A stretch of DNA of 64,000 bases. Origin: Octopus vulgaris. Its lineage: Eukaryota. Position 1 is the stretch's first letter, and each line of letters opens with the position of its first letter. A program made the translations under genes and the position numbers. The stretch covers positions 162,812,001 to 162,876,000 of the forward strand of contig OX597815.1 of the NCBI GenBank assembly GCA_951406725.2, read 5' to 3'. Below the pieces are notes generated by a model that saw only the letters and a program-made list of their open reading frames with translations, did no database searches and had not been told where the DNA came from. Positions 1 to 11,659 of this stretch are shown here, one piece after another.

Positions 1-91
1 AGTGTCACGTTAAGTTGATAGTATACAACTGCTCTATCATACCACCACTACCTATATATCTCTCTGAGATATTTAGAAATGTAATATTTCT
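1..91 (+). repeat. 3' end of Penelope-like pseudo-LTR family (same family as 9903-9990), truncated by window edge
   Basis: gtcacgttaagttgatagt...tctctgagatatttagaaatgtaatatttct closely matches 9905-9990. Confidence 0.6.
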
Positions 92-141
92 ATTTTTTGT
101 GATCAGTGGATTTATTTCACTGGAATTATTATATATGTTTA

Positions 142-1013
142 CAAGGTCTGATCAATAAGTATCTGAACTGTTGCCATAGTCATGAAGCTAAAGCATGCAG
201 AGTAAAGCTGCTTGGCAGGGATTGACCTGTTGTGCATGCGCACTAAGTTTTAATGTTCTAACTCACTTCTGCTGTTTACAGCAGTGCTTGGAAGGCAGGT
301 GTGTAGCATGTGATTGTCGCATTGACCATGACAGAGATACCTTCTCAGAGGCCTATGCAAAGTTGCAGAAAGTGTATGGAGAGGAGTGTATGAGCCATAC
401 ACAAGTGTATGAGTGGTTCAGACATTTCCAAGATGGCCGAAAAAATGCTGATAAATGTTGAATGTTCTGAGAGAGCTGCATCCAGCAGAACTGAGAAAAA
501 CATTGCAGATGTGCATGCATCTGTGAAGGGAAATCATCGAATCACCATCCATGAGTTATCAGAGGGTGTGAAGATTCGCTAAAACTCAGTTCAGTCCATT
601 ATCACTGAAGATTTGGGTATGAGACGTGTGTCTGCCAAGTTTGTGCCAAAACTGCTTTCAGCTGACCAAAATGACACTCGGGTTTCATTTGCACAAGATT
701 TTGATTGTGTTGAGAACAATGAAAACATTTTGAAAACTTTGCATAGACCTCTGAGTAGGTGTCACCAAGCTTTTGGCAAAATTTGATGCAGATTCTCTGC
801 TCAACTTTCTGTGCCATGGTCAATGTGACAATCACATGCTACATACTTTCCTTCCAAGCACTGCTGTAAAAATAGCAGGAGTGAGCTAGAATGTTAGAAC
901 TTAGTGTGCATGCATAGCAGAGTTCAAGGTTAATCTGTGTTAAGAGGCTTCACTCTCTGTGCTTTAGTTTTGTTACTATAGCAACAGTCCGGATACTTGT
1001 TGATCAGACTATG
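142..1013. mobile_element. Mariner-derived foldback element made of two head-to-head 5' ends, with long (~200-240 bp) inverted arms
   Basis: TA-caaggtctgatcaataagtatc ... gatacttgttgatcagactatg-TA. Both arms encode a mariner transposase N-terminus (+ YGEECMSHTQVYEWFRHFQDGR; - EQRICIKFCQKLG). Confidence 0.85.
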
Positions 1014-1017
1014 TATG

Positions 1018-1540
1018 CTTGAAGTAGTTGATAGTTTTTGTTGCCTTGGTCTCCTGTTTAGTTCTAGAGGAAGATGTTCCAAAATTATAGTTATTAGATT
1101 AAGAAAGAGGTGAAGAATGTTCAGGGAGCAATTATTTCTGTTAAAAGGTTTCCTTTTTTCAAGTGAAGGAAATATTATATGAACCTTGTGTACAAAGTGC
1201 AATTTAGGATTATAGTGAGATGTGGGTTTCTATGCAAAGAGTTTGCAAAGACTGAAAAGATATGAGATGAGCATGCTCCCTGGTTGCATATTGTTAGTGT
1301 CATTGAATGATGGAACACATATGAGCTGAGAGAACTGATTATGAAAGGAATTTGGATGTAGTGTGCAAAAGAGATACTTTATTGATATAAGCATATGACA
1401 CATCTAGAAGATGTCAGCTGTATGCTGAGTACTGAAATAATGAAGCACCAAGTGCTGTAAGTAAATCGAAACTATGGAAGAAGAAGATTAAGGAAGACAT
1501 GGGATGAAATGATGAAGAATAATCTCAAGAGGCTGAAATT
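1018..1540 (+). mobile_element. Highly decayed RTE-clade LINE 3' fragment
   Basis: LEVVDSFCCLG-like start and an aagacatgggatgaaatg (KTWDEM) end, as in the RTE fragments at 46375 and 62620. Confidence 0.55.
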
Positions 1541-1697
1541 TTTTGAATAAAAAAAAAGAACAATGCCAAGCATCAAAATACTTTGATGATGATGATGATA
1601 TATACATATTTCAAATTTATAGAAAAACAAAGACGAAGACAGGTGTAGGAACAACAAGCAAGTGTATTAGTTTGACGCTCAGGAAAAATAGAGAAGA

Positions 1698-1733
1698 CTT
1701 TTATGTTTCGAGCCTATGCTCTTCAACAGAAAG
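1698..1733 (-). ncRNA. Minimal HHR-like motif with atypical core, in a pLTR-like repeat (1620-1745; sibling fragment at 24600-24666)
   Basis: Minus strand: cuuu CUGUUGAA gagc auag gcuc GAAA ca UA aaag. Stems I and II pair, but the core deviates from CUGANGA. Confidence 0.45.
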
Positions 1734-1954
1734 GAATAAGAAGAAATATATAGAGAGGGAATGAAAAAGATGTGTTGAATTCAGTTCTCCAACATGGCGA
1801 ATATATGTATATATATATAAATAGGTAGTATGAGATGTGTATTTAGGGAATCATGTAGCTATCATAGTAAGATTTTTCTATGGATTCAACTATCAGTCCA
1901 TATAGTAACAGCTCATCAAATCATCATTTTAGCTTTCTGTACATTTGTTTTCAA

Positions 1955-2365
1955 GTTTGGTACTTCTTCTGTTGGTCTTTTTTTCCAAACCACTAAGTTA
2001 TGGGGGCATAAACGCACCAACATTGGTTGTCAAGCAGCAATAGGGGACAAACACAAATACAAAGACACATACACATAGATACATATATATATATACAATG
2101 GGCTTCTTTCAGTTTTTGTCCACTAAATGCATTCACAAAGCTTTGGTTGGCCTGAGTTTATAGTAGAAGACGCTTGTCCAAATTACCATTCAGTGGAAGT
2201 GAAACTGGACCCATGTGGTTGGGATGCAATCTTTTTACTACACAGTACACAATGTATACAATGGGCTTCCACACAGTTTCCATCTAGCAAATTCACTTCT
2301 AAGGCATTGGTCAGCCTGTGGTTTTAGTAGCAGACACTTGCTCAAGGTGTCACACTGTGGGATTT
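1955..2365 (-). mobile_element. Degenerate tRNA-derived SINE copies (family 1)
   Basis: Similar to the reverse complement of 23219-23634. Confidence 0.65.
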
Positions 2366-2729
2366 GAAAGAAAAAAATTGTTGCTATTAATCATTCATTC
2401 TCTTCATTTAACAGTCAACACACACATGCAAACACACACACAAACACTCACACATGCATGCACACACACATATATATACACATACATATAGAGAAAGACA
2501 TACATATATAAACATACCTTATGTATACACACACACACACAATGTTGCATGAGTCACAGAAAATTATCATATATTATAGCAGCTCTGATGTGTTTCTTTA
2601 TTTTTTCAGCAATCAAAAGAACCACTAAGAATTAAAAGAAAAAAAAAGAAAAATACTTTATAGGCTTTTAAATTTAAATTTATTACAAACACAATGCATG
2701 AAAGACGTATCTTTTTTTCTTAGATGCCA

Positions 2730-2732
<3 letters not shown>

Positions 2733-2774
<42 letters not shown>

Positions 2775-2781
2775 GCATATC

Positions 2782-2838
<57 letters not shown>

Positions 2839-2863
2839 CATATTACATATATATTACATATAT

Positions 2864-2942
<79 letters not shown>

Positions 2943-2955
2943 GTATGTATGCATA
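2733..2955. repeat. (TA)n microsatellite
   Basis: Directly visible. Confidence 0.95.
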
Positions 2956-3159
2956 TATCTATATCAAGTCGATAATATGTTAATGTGAAGTTTTTTGTAA
3001 AAACCAAGCTATTATACTGATAATGCCAAAATTTAAATATTAGGCCATCATGCTTAATTTAACTTTAAATACATACTCAAGCTTTAGAGATCAATACTTA
3101 CTCTTTCTGGTGCCATTCTTCATGACAAGTATTTGGTTGAGGTTGCTATTTTATGTACC

Positions 3160-3440
3160 CATTCAACATCATCATCATGGTCATCATCATCATCATCTAA
3201 TATCCACTTTTCCATACTTGCATGGGTTGAACGGAATTTATTTGAAATGGACTTTCTGTGACCAGAATCTCTTCTTGTTGCTAAGCCTCGCCTGTTTTCA
3301 AACAAGATTATGTTTTCTCTGTGGCCAGACATGTTCTTGAAGAACATTGAGAATGAACGACGCAGTTTCTGTGACAGTAACACTCATTTACAACTATCAT
3401 GTGATGTCAAGACTAGGAGACACAAAACAAACACACACTC
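3160..3440 (-). mobile_element. SINE with (GAT)n tail (family 3), degenerate
   Basis: catcatcatc...tttccatacttgcatgggttg pattern shared with 34372 and 56785. Confidence 0.6.
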
Positions 3441-3487
3441 AACACACAAATATACATACATACATATATATGTACATATATATATAA

Positions 3488-3725
3488 ATATGTATCAAAA
3501 GAAATAAAATGGAAAACAGGACACAAAGGATTTCGCGGTACATATGTTTCGAGCTTTATAGATGTAAGAATAAGTGGTTCTATAAAGCTCGAAACATATG
3601 TACCGCGACATCCTTTGTGTCGTGTTTTTCATTTTATTTCTTTTGATACATATATCCTCTCACCTATGCTACAAGCTGGCATATACAGCTACTTACATTT
3701 ATCAGGTATTCACCCTGAATTTATA
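3488..3725 (+). mobile_element. Foldback pLTR-like element; both arms carry the 3' half of a hammerhead
   Basis: Arms 3488-3562 and 3579-3653 are near-perfect inverted repeats. The motif gctcGAAAcatatgTAccgcga gives a palindromic stem III and a GUA triplet. Unpaired tail to ~3725, TA-rich flanks. Confidence 0.7.
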
Positions 3726-3758
3726 TATTATATATATATATATATATATTATATATAT

Positions 3759-3870
3759 GGCCTGCTCGCTTAGCCAGCGGGGTGGCATCATTTGAAGGCT
3801 AAAACGATGCAAAGTGCATTGTGACCAGCGATGTGTAGCAACATCTGATAGCTTGGTCGGTCATGTGATA
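3759..3870 (+). mobile_element. 3' part of tRNA-derived SINE family 2
   Basis: Matches 44609-44720. Confidence 0.75.
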
Positions 3871-3879
3871 TATATATAT

Positions 3880-4216
3880 TATGGAGATGTACTTGCTTAG
3901 CAAGTGACCTGATCTGAGATCGTGTACTGGAACGAAAACAATTGCAGCGTGGAAGGTGTTTATAAGCCATTTAAGAAGCACACAAAAACCATTAGATTCA
4001 CTTCAACATTTAATTTGTCAAAATATTTTCTTCACTTTGAGACCGCGACCTGTTCACTGACAAAATTCTGTGCTGCATCTCAGAAATTTGTCAGTGAACA
4101 GGTCACGGTCTTAACGTGACAAAAATATTTTAACAAATTAAATTTAAAAGTTGAAGTGAATCTAATGGTTTTTGTGTGTTTCTTAAATGACTTATAAACA
4201 CCTTCCACACTGCAAT

Positions 4217-4222
<6 letters not shown>
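3880..4222 (-). mobile_element. Foldback element (~135-bp arms plus tail), pLTR-like
   Basis: 3935-4069 is inverted to 4081-4222. Unpaired tail 3880-3935, (TA)n flanks. Confidence 0.7.
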
Positions 4223-4302
<80 letters not shown>

Positions 4303-4303
<1 letters not shown>

Positions 4304-4540
4304 ATCATCATCATTGTTTAACATCCGCTTTCCATGCTAGCATGGCTTGGACGGTTCAACTGGGGTCTGGGAAGCCAGAAGATTGCACCAGGCCCAGTCT
4401 GATCTGGCAGTGTTTCTACAGCTGGATGCCCTTCCTAATGCCAACCACTCCGTGAGTGTAGTGGGTGCTTTTTACGTGCCACCGGCACAGGTGCCAGATG
4501 AGGCTGGCAAACGGCCATGATCGGATGGTGCTTTTTACGT
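4303..4540 (-). mobile_element. SINE family 3 with (GAT)n tail
   Basis: Near-identical to 34372-34620. Confidence 0.8.
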
Positions 4541-4544
4541 GGAC

Positions 4545-4742
4545 AAATGAAAGAAGGGCACTCAACCAATTTATTGGGAGTTACATGTATGGATCAAAAC
4601 AGCTTGATTCAAATTCGTTGGTACTCCTGAGTTTCAATCATGTTGCCAGTCATCAGCCATTTTCAATTTGAAAATTGAAAATGGCTGACATTTGAAACTG
4701 AAGAGTACCAACCAATTTGAACCAAACTGTTTTGATGCATAT
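4545..4742 (-). mobile_element. Foldback pLTR-like element with HHR
   Basis: 4586-4668 is inverted to 4673-4742. The right arm has lost stem II of the HHR. Confidence 0.7.
4618..4660 (-). ncRNA. Type I hammerhead ribozyme (weak stem II)
   Basis: Minus strand: ugg CUGAUGA cuggcaacaugauu GAAA cuc ag gag UA cca. Confidence 0.6.
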
Positions 4743-4751
4743 TTATATATA

Positions 4752-5064
4752 TCACCGTGATCACCGTGACCGACCAGGTTATCAGATGTTTCTACACATC
4801 GCTGGTCACAATGCGCTTCGCATTGTTTTAGCCTCCAAATAATGCCACCCTGCTGGCTAAGCGAGCAGGCCAACAGAAGAAAGAGTGAGAGAAAGTTGTG
4901 GTGAAAGAATACAGCAGGGATCGTCACCAACCCCTGCCGGAGCTTGGTGGAGCTTTTCAGGTGTTTTCGCTCAATAAACACACAGAACGCCCGGTCCGAG
5001 AATCGAAACCACGATTCTACAACCGCGAGTCTGCTGCCCTAACCACTTGGCCATTGCGCCTCCA
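4752..5064 (-). mobile_element. tRNA-derived SINE family 2, full length
   Basis: tRNA-like head ggaggcgcaatggccaagtggttagggcagc...ggtttcgattc on the minus strand. Matches 44428-44720. Confidence 0.85.
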
Positions 5065-5080
5065 CATTTATATATATATA

Positions 5081-5986
5081 TTGGGTCATCTCATAAATAA
5101 TGCGGCTTTTTTATACTTCTTTTGTTTTTCAAAGTTAAGATAAACAAATTTGTTTTTTAATCTGAAATATACTCTCTTCCATTTTCTACAATACTCTTCC
5201 ATCTATCTGGTAGACTTGCAAGGCCTCTCTTCCAAAATTCCCTTGTCCATGATGAAAAATACTCCTCCAGTACTGTTCTGACCTCTTCTACAGAATTCAT
5301 ATTTTTTCTGTCCAAATGATTTTGAAGACTTTGGAGTAAATGATAATCAGTTGGGGCAATGCCTGGTGAATATGGTGGGTAGGACATCGTTTCCCATTCG
5401 AATTGCTTCAGCCTTTAGAATGTCATCCTTGGTGTATGTGGCTGAGCATTATCCTGATGGAAGAACACCTTTCATCTTGAAACCAAAGATGGTCGTTTTC
5501 CTTCTTGCGTTGACTTGAATGACTGGTTGAATGACCAATACCAAGCTTCTCTGCTAGTTCCTCAACAGTTACGATGAGATTTTTTTCCACCAGGGTGTGA
5601 GCTCTACAGATCTTCCAGGATGAGGCTTGTCTTCTAGGCTGTAGTTTCCAGCTCAGAATTTCTGGAACCACCGTTGATACTGGCTTACGCTTATTGTCTG
5701 ATCCCTATATACTGCATCAACATTCCTCACATTTTCCGTTGCATTGTTGCTTTTATTGAACTTATAAAATTAAATATGTTGAATATGTTCCTTTGTCACT
5801 TCCATTATAGCTCTGAAAAAATAATTGTTAAAATCGAACTGCACTCTTCAAAACTTGCACTAAGAATTAGAAATAGGTAAAATTATTACCTGTTTTGTAG
5901 CAAGTTGATGCAGGTAGCTTATCTAGTACCCTCCGACTTTTAGTTCATGCAGTTGAGAAAACTGCATTATTTATGGAATGACCCAA
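5081..5986 (-). mobile_element. Internally deleted mariner transposon (pseudogenised transposase)
   Basis: TIRs ttgggtcatctcataaataatgcgg / ctgcattatttatggaatgacccaa with TA TSD. Translated motifs PYSPGIAPTDYHLL, LPDRWKSIVENG and TVEELAEKLG. Confidence 0.9.
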
Positions 5987-6149
5987 TACATACATACATA
6001 CATACATACATACATACATACATACATACATACATACATACATACATACATACATACATACATACATGCATGCATGGTGCAGTGATTTATCAGAATTATG
6101 CAGAAATGAAAATAACACTGACATCTCGTTTTAACAGATATATTTACCA

Positions 6150-6780
6150 AAATTACATAAAATTATCTTGAAATACTAAAGAGTGAATTTATTCAATGAA
6201 ATCGTCATTGACTTCAATCATGGCCTTCAGAATCTCCTGCAACTCTTCTGGATGGTCTCCTTGTTAAAGTTGGTGAATGCTGCCATAGTCTTTGCCTTCA
6301 GTTCATCTTTGGTGTTATAAGAGGTTTTGTTGGTCTGTCGCTCAATTGCACCCCACACATAATAATCAAAGAGATTGTAGTCTGGGGAGTTAAATGGCCA
6401 GATGTTAGGGGTGATTTAGTCACAGAAATTGTTTGACAGCCATGACTGGGTTCTCCTGCTTGTGTGACATGGTGCAGAGTCCTGTTGCCAGACATAGAGT
6501 GTTCCAGCAGCCACCCTCTTGACCCAGGGCAGCATTATCTCCCCCAGGCACTTGAGTTAGGCCTCTGTGTTGAGTGTGAGGCTGTGTGGGAAGATGAATA
6601 GAGGCATAACGGTGCCATCACTAGTGATCACTCCAAACACCATGATGTTGACTGGATGTTTGATTTTTATCTCGCTTGGAACACATCCTCAGTTTAAACC
6701 GTCTTCAGATTGATACTCAAACATTCTAAAATGTTCATTCTGGAACTTCTGGCATGAATACCAAGCAATACTGCATGTTT
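6150..6780 (-). mobile_element. Tc1/mariner (DD37D/maT-like) transposase fragment
   Basis: Minus strand translates as MVFGVITSDG and IWPFNSPDYNLFDYYVWG. Confidence 0.75.
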
Positions 6781-7128
6781 AAAAAAAAAAAATTTTAATA
6801 TTTTAACTGTCTGATAAAACTTTTTTAGTCGGTGGATATTTATTTTATTTTATTTTATATTATTTTATTTTACCTTTACTTATTTTATACTTGTCTATTA
6901 GGTTTTTTGGGAACTTTTTAGCCGTTTATATTTAACATTTTTGATAGGCTGTTCTATTTGTATTTTATTCAATTATATATTTTTACCTTCTGTGATTTTA
7001 TGCATATGTATTATTTTTTATGTGTTAGGGAACCATGGTGATTTTTATATATGATTAAACGTTTGAGGGGTGGTGTTGTATGTAAAGTCGTTGAGCCAAA
7101 TTTAATGTTTGTTCTATAACCAATGTTT

Positions 7129-7159
<31 letters not shown>

Positions 7160-7162
<3 letters not shown>

Positions 7163-7548
7163 GTATATATAAAAATGAAGTTGTCTGTGTGTGGCAGGTT
7201 TGGTAGCCTTCAACTAACACTATCTCCTCTGAGACCCCGCGATGCAAGTTGACCAAAATTGAGAGTATGATAGCAGAAGGCTTGCTCTTCATTCCGTAGA
7301 AGATAAAATTCAAATTGGACCATGTTAACACCAAAAATTATTTACATCAAAAAAGTGTTTTTTTCTATGAAAATCCCTATTTTTTACGATTTTTTGACTG
7401 CTGTGTCGCCATTTTTCGGTATATTTCAACCAGAAAAATGTTCACTTAAAGAGAATAACAAGCTACATAGTGCAAAATTTTTACTTTTCAAAAATTCCAA
7501 TTCTAAAGGGTCGAAACAAACCCGAGCAACGCCGGGTGATACTGCTAG
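7160..7548 (+). mobile_element. Non-autonomous Helitron
   Basis: 5' TC, 3' hairpin cccgagcaacgccggg followed by CTAG, inserted between A and T in a (TA)n tract. Confidence 0.75.
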
Positions 7549-7570
7549 TATATATATATATATATATATA

Positions 7571-7778
7571 CATAGTAATCCCTTGACTATTGCAGGTGTT
7601 ATGTTCCTAAACCTCACACAGAAATAATTAAAATCTAAAAAAAATATAAATACCTGTTGATTACAGAGACCCGGATATACTGAGGAGTCCGTGATATAAA
7701 TTTACATATATTAGCCAGAAAAATCTGCGATGTACTGAGTGTGTGCCAGGTGAACTGCAACAGGGTGAGGGAATACTG
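7571..7778. mobile_element. Tigger/pogo-like MITE
   Basis: Imperfect TIRs agtaatccctt / gagggaatactg with TA flanks. Confidence 0.45.
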
Positions 7779-7794
7779 TATGTGTGTGTGTGTA

Positions 7795-7826
<32 letters not shown>

Positions 7827-8149
7827 TATGTGTGTGTGTGTGTGTGTGTGTATGTGTGTGTGTGTGTATGCGTGTTCTTATTTCAATGAACAATTGAATG
7901 CATATTGTGCAGCGATAGAGACGTGAATGTTTGAGGCATGAGTGATAAAGTTAAGGCTGCTAGAGACGTGGTGATAGTGGCAAGGATCAGAGATGGGTTA
8001 ACAGAGAGAGAGAAAGAGGGAAAGAGAGAGAGGGAGATAATTACATATATATCTATGTGAGTGTGTGCATGTGTGTGTATGTGCATGCATGTGTATGTTC
8101 ATGCATGTGCATGTGTGTATGTGTGTGTGTGTGTGTGTGTTTGTGTCTT

Positions 8150-8365
8150 TTCTTGACATCACATGGTAGTTGTAAATGAGTGTCACTGTCATACAAGCAA
8201 TGTCATTGATTTCCAATATTCTGTGAGAACATGTCTGGCCATGTGGAAACAGGTGAGGATTGTCGACAGGAAGAGCATCCAGCTGTAGAAGATATGCCTC
8301 AAATAAACCTTGTATGACCCATGCAAGCATAGAAAAGTGGCTATTAAAAGATGATGATGATGATG
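8150..8365 (+). mobile_element. SINE family 3, degenerate
   Basis: gcatccagctgtaga...cccatgcaagcatagaaaag...(gat)n. Confidence 0.6.
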
Positions 8366-8380
8366 TATGTACACACATAC

Positions 8381-8411
<31 letters not shown>

Positions 8412-9525
8412 TGTATGTATGTATGTATATATGTATGTATGTTTGTGTGCATGTGTGCATATATATATATATATATATATAAATGTGTGTGTCCATTTAT
8501 TAAGTTTAAATATATATATTTTATAATTTCCTTTTTCATAACTTTTTCACTTTTTAGTATTTATGTGTACATTTGTGTGTGTGTATATCTCCTAATTTTA
8601 AAAAAATGTATGTCTGTTTTTTAAAAATTTGTTTTTCAAAATTTCTTTCATTTTTTTTTGTATCTATGTGTATCCTTTTGAATTTTATTTTCACATATGT
8701 ATTTCAGATTTTTTTTTTTAATTTCTTAAACTTTTTCTCTTTTTTTTCCCCCCTAAATTTCCATTTACTTTTGTATTTTATGTTATATTTATGTCCCTCT
8801 CCTGAATTTAACATTGTTTCTTACTTTTCTTTTGAAAATAAATGCTCTGGAAGACAGCTTAGTCTAAGAATATTGCCTTTTTTGATTATCTCAGTCTTGT
8901 TCAAGCAATGTATATTCTCTTTGTATCAAAGTATGGTTGACTTTCAAATAAAATAAATTATTTATCTATCTGTTTGTTCCCATTCCTCTCTATTTCACTC
9001 ATTCTCTATCATTCTCTCATTCTTCTCTGTCTCTCATTCTTTATCTCGCATTGAAAAATGATTGTAAATTTCTTTAATTTGTTTGTGTTGTTTTATTGTT
9101 TCCATCTTTAATAAAGCTTTCTTTCAATAATCTATCTTTCTGTCTGCATGGCTGCCTGTCTACCTGTCTGTGTATCTATCGGTCAGTCCGTCAGTTAGTC
9201 TGTTTCTCCTCTCATCTCTCTTTCAAAACTAATATTATATTATTCATTTGCATTCTTGTATTGTTTCCTTCTGCAATAAAGTTTTCTTCTCACAAAACAC
9301 ACACCATCAGTTTTGTAAAAGGGGCCCAACTTTGAGAACTAAGAAGAGAAAAGTATTTAATGGTCTTCTCCATGAGTGTTTATATTAATAGCGTTGCTTC
9401 TAACACAAAATTTGAATTTTGTTTTACTTGTGCAGCACTCTGGCACATCAGCAGATAGATTTTATGCTAACTGTATATACTACAGACTAGCAATTTGAAT
9501 TCATTTCGAGGGTGGATCAGGTATA

Positions 9526-9567
9526 CAGCACTGATGAGCTGAAATAACAGTAAAATCTTGATATGTT
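9526..9567 (+). ncRNA. Degenerate Type I hammerhead
   Basis: agca CUGAUGA gcug aaauaa cagu aAAA ucuuga UA uguu (G12->A). Flanks 9497-9517 and 9575-9594 extend stem I. Confidence 0.5.
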
Positions 9568-9617
9568 ACTCTCATTCACTCCTGAGGTGATTCATTTCAC
9601 TGGGCTTTGAAGCATAC

Positions 9618-9990
9618 TGTAGTTGTATACTGTCAACTTAATGTGACAGTCCCATGAAGGGAATCACACCACTACTATTTAACCATAGGAAGCAGCAGCA
9701 CTCCCTGTCGACCTTGATACATTTCGTGTGTCCTTATGGTTACAAGGCGGAGATAAGCACCCCCACCCAGCTAAGCCTGCATCCAGTGGAGGTGCTTATC
9801 TCCCCATTGTAAACATTAGGACATAGGAAACGTGTCAAGGCCAACAGGAAGCGTTGCTGCTTCCTAGGGCTAAATAGCAGTGGTGTGATTCCCTTCATGG
9901 GACTGTCACATTAAGTTGACAGTGTATAACTACTCTATCGTATCGCTACTGCTTATATCTCTCTGAGATATTTAGAAACATAATATTTCT
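9618..9990 (+). mobile_element. Foldback pLTR-like element (~145-bp arms plus ~55-bp tail)
   Basis: 9618-9766 is inverted to 9787-9934. Tail ends tctctgagatatttagaaacataatatttct. A possible target duplication tgaagcatactgt flanks it (9608-9620 and 9993-10005). Confidence 0.75.
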
Positions 9991-10559
9991 GTTGAAGCAT
10001 ACTGTGTTTTTTTTAAAACACTATCTCTCTAAATGGACCACCCCTTGATGAAATACTGCAGCTTAAATGCATTTAAACAACACACATACATTAAATGTAT
10101 ATTAGTAATGTTTACAGTTTGGAGCTGCTTCCATCACAAGATTTGAATCATCATCATCATCATCATGACTTTACAGTAGATGGCCAGCCTGAGAGCTGTG
10201 ATTGGATGTCCTTCCTAATGCTAACTACGTTACAGAGTGTGATAGGTGTTTTTTACACTCTACTGGCATGGTTGCTTTTACATGGCACCAGATATGTATA
10301 TATATAAAAGTATTCTTGATATCCAACTTAACATGTTTCAAATAGCCAGTGGGCTTATTAAAAGAAAAATTTAATTATGGCAGAAGCATTATTAATACCA
10401 AAAGGTAATCTTGATCCCCAACTACATTGTCTAATGAATCATTTTTTAAAATAGCAAAATATAATTTGACTGTATTTCTAAGGAATTTGTTAAAATGACT
10501 GTTTGTGTGGAAATTTGCAGATGGTATTAAGATCTTGTGGATTTTAATGTCTATGGAAC

Positions 10560-11340
10560 AGATTTCTTCACTAGACCAGTCAAGTATTCCAAATGTTAGA
10601 TTTAGTATGGGCACTGCAAATGCATTGTAGGATATTGTCTTGTACGAGGAAAGCTCTCACTCATATCTTTTTAAGTCTTGTGTAATATTCTTTGGTTATT
10701 CTCTCTTTGTTCACGGAACTTTTATTTGATATATTTTCTTCAGTACCTAGGTATCTGTAGCACTCATGGTGTGAGAGAAATCATTGATGCAAAAATTGTG
10801 GGATTGGGAAACTGTTTTTCTGTGTTCATTTCTTAAATATGACCATTTCTTTTGGCCACACTCCATCCCTATGTCAGTGGAAAATGTTGTGATGAAATTG
10901 CGCTTTTGTTTGACATTGTAAATATTTGGGGCTTAAATCTTTAGATAATCCATAAAGATATTACAGGTAATATTAGTATCCCTTGCTACTGTAGAGCCGT
11001 AAACATAATCAGTGGAGTATCTTAGAAGAAATGACAGAGGACTTAGGTCTAACATAAACAGGATCATAAACAGACTCTCACCTTGAGATACCTTGTTGAA
11101 ATATTTAATTACATGAAACAGTAGTTTCCACTTTCAATTTCAAATGCAAGAATTGTGAATCAAGTTTTCATGAACCTTTTGATAGTAGCAACTAAGAGAG
11201 AGGGTACTTTTGTCAGCTGTTTTATCTTCAATGGCCATCAGTGGAAAATGGTGTTGAATGTTTTTCTGTAATCACTTAGTACTGTTACAAAATTCCTATA
11301 GTGTTTTCATATGGTGGACAGTACAGCTTTATTTAATTAT
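10560..11340 (-). mobile_element. Decayed R4/Dong-like (RLE) LINE RT fragment
   Basis: Minus strand GISQGESLFMILFMLDLSPLSF and RYLG motifs, homologous to the ORF at 14176-15108. Confidence 0.65.
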
Positions 11341-11346
11341 TTAAGT

Positions 11347-11645
11347 GGAGGCACATGGCCTAGTGGTTAAAGCTGTGGACTCACGGTCAAGGGATCACGG
11401 GTTTGAATCTCAGACCGGGTGATGTGTGTGTTTATGAGCGAAAAACCTAAGCTCCACGCTGTTCCGACAGAAGGTAATGGTGAACTTCTGCTGACTCTTT
11501 TGTCACAACCTTTCTCTCACTCTTCCCTCCTGCATCTTGCAGGTCACCTGCAATGGACTAGCGTTCTGTCCAGGTGGGGAATCTATACGCCAAGAAACCG
11601 GGATACCGGCCCTTACGATCCAGGCATGGCTCGAGAAGGAACAAA
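11347..11645 (+). mobile_element. tRNA-derived SINE (family 2 variant) inserted in the LINE
   Basis: ggaggcacatggcctagtggtt...ggtttgaatc head. Reverse-complement sibling at 62960-63263. Confidence 0.8.
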
Positions 11646-11659
11646 CAACAAAACGAAAC

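Noticed and set aside
6850-7110. Possible GIY-YIG (Penelope) coding remnant
   Set aside because: Only a vague motif resemblance in low-complexity AT-rich sequence.
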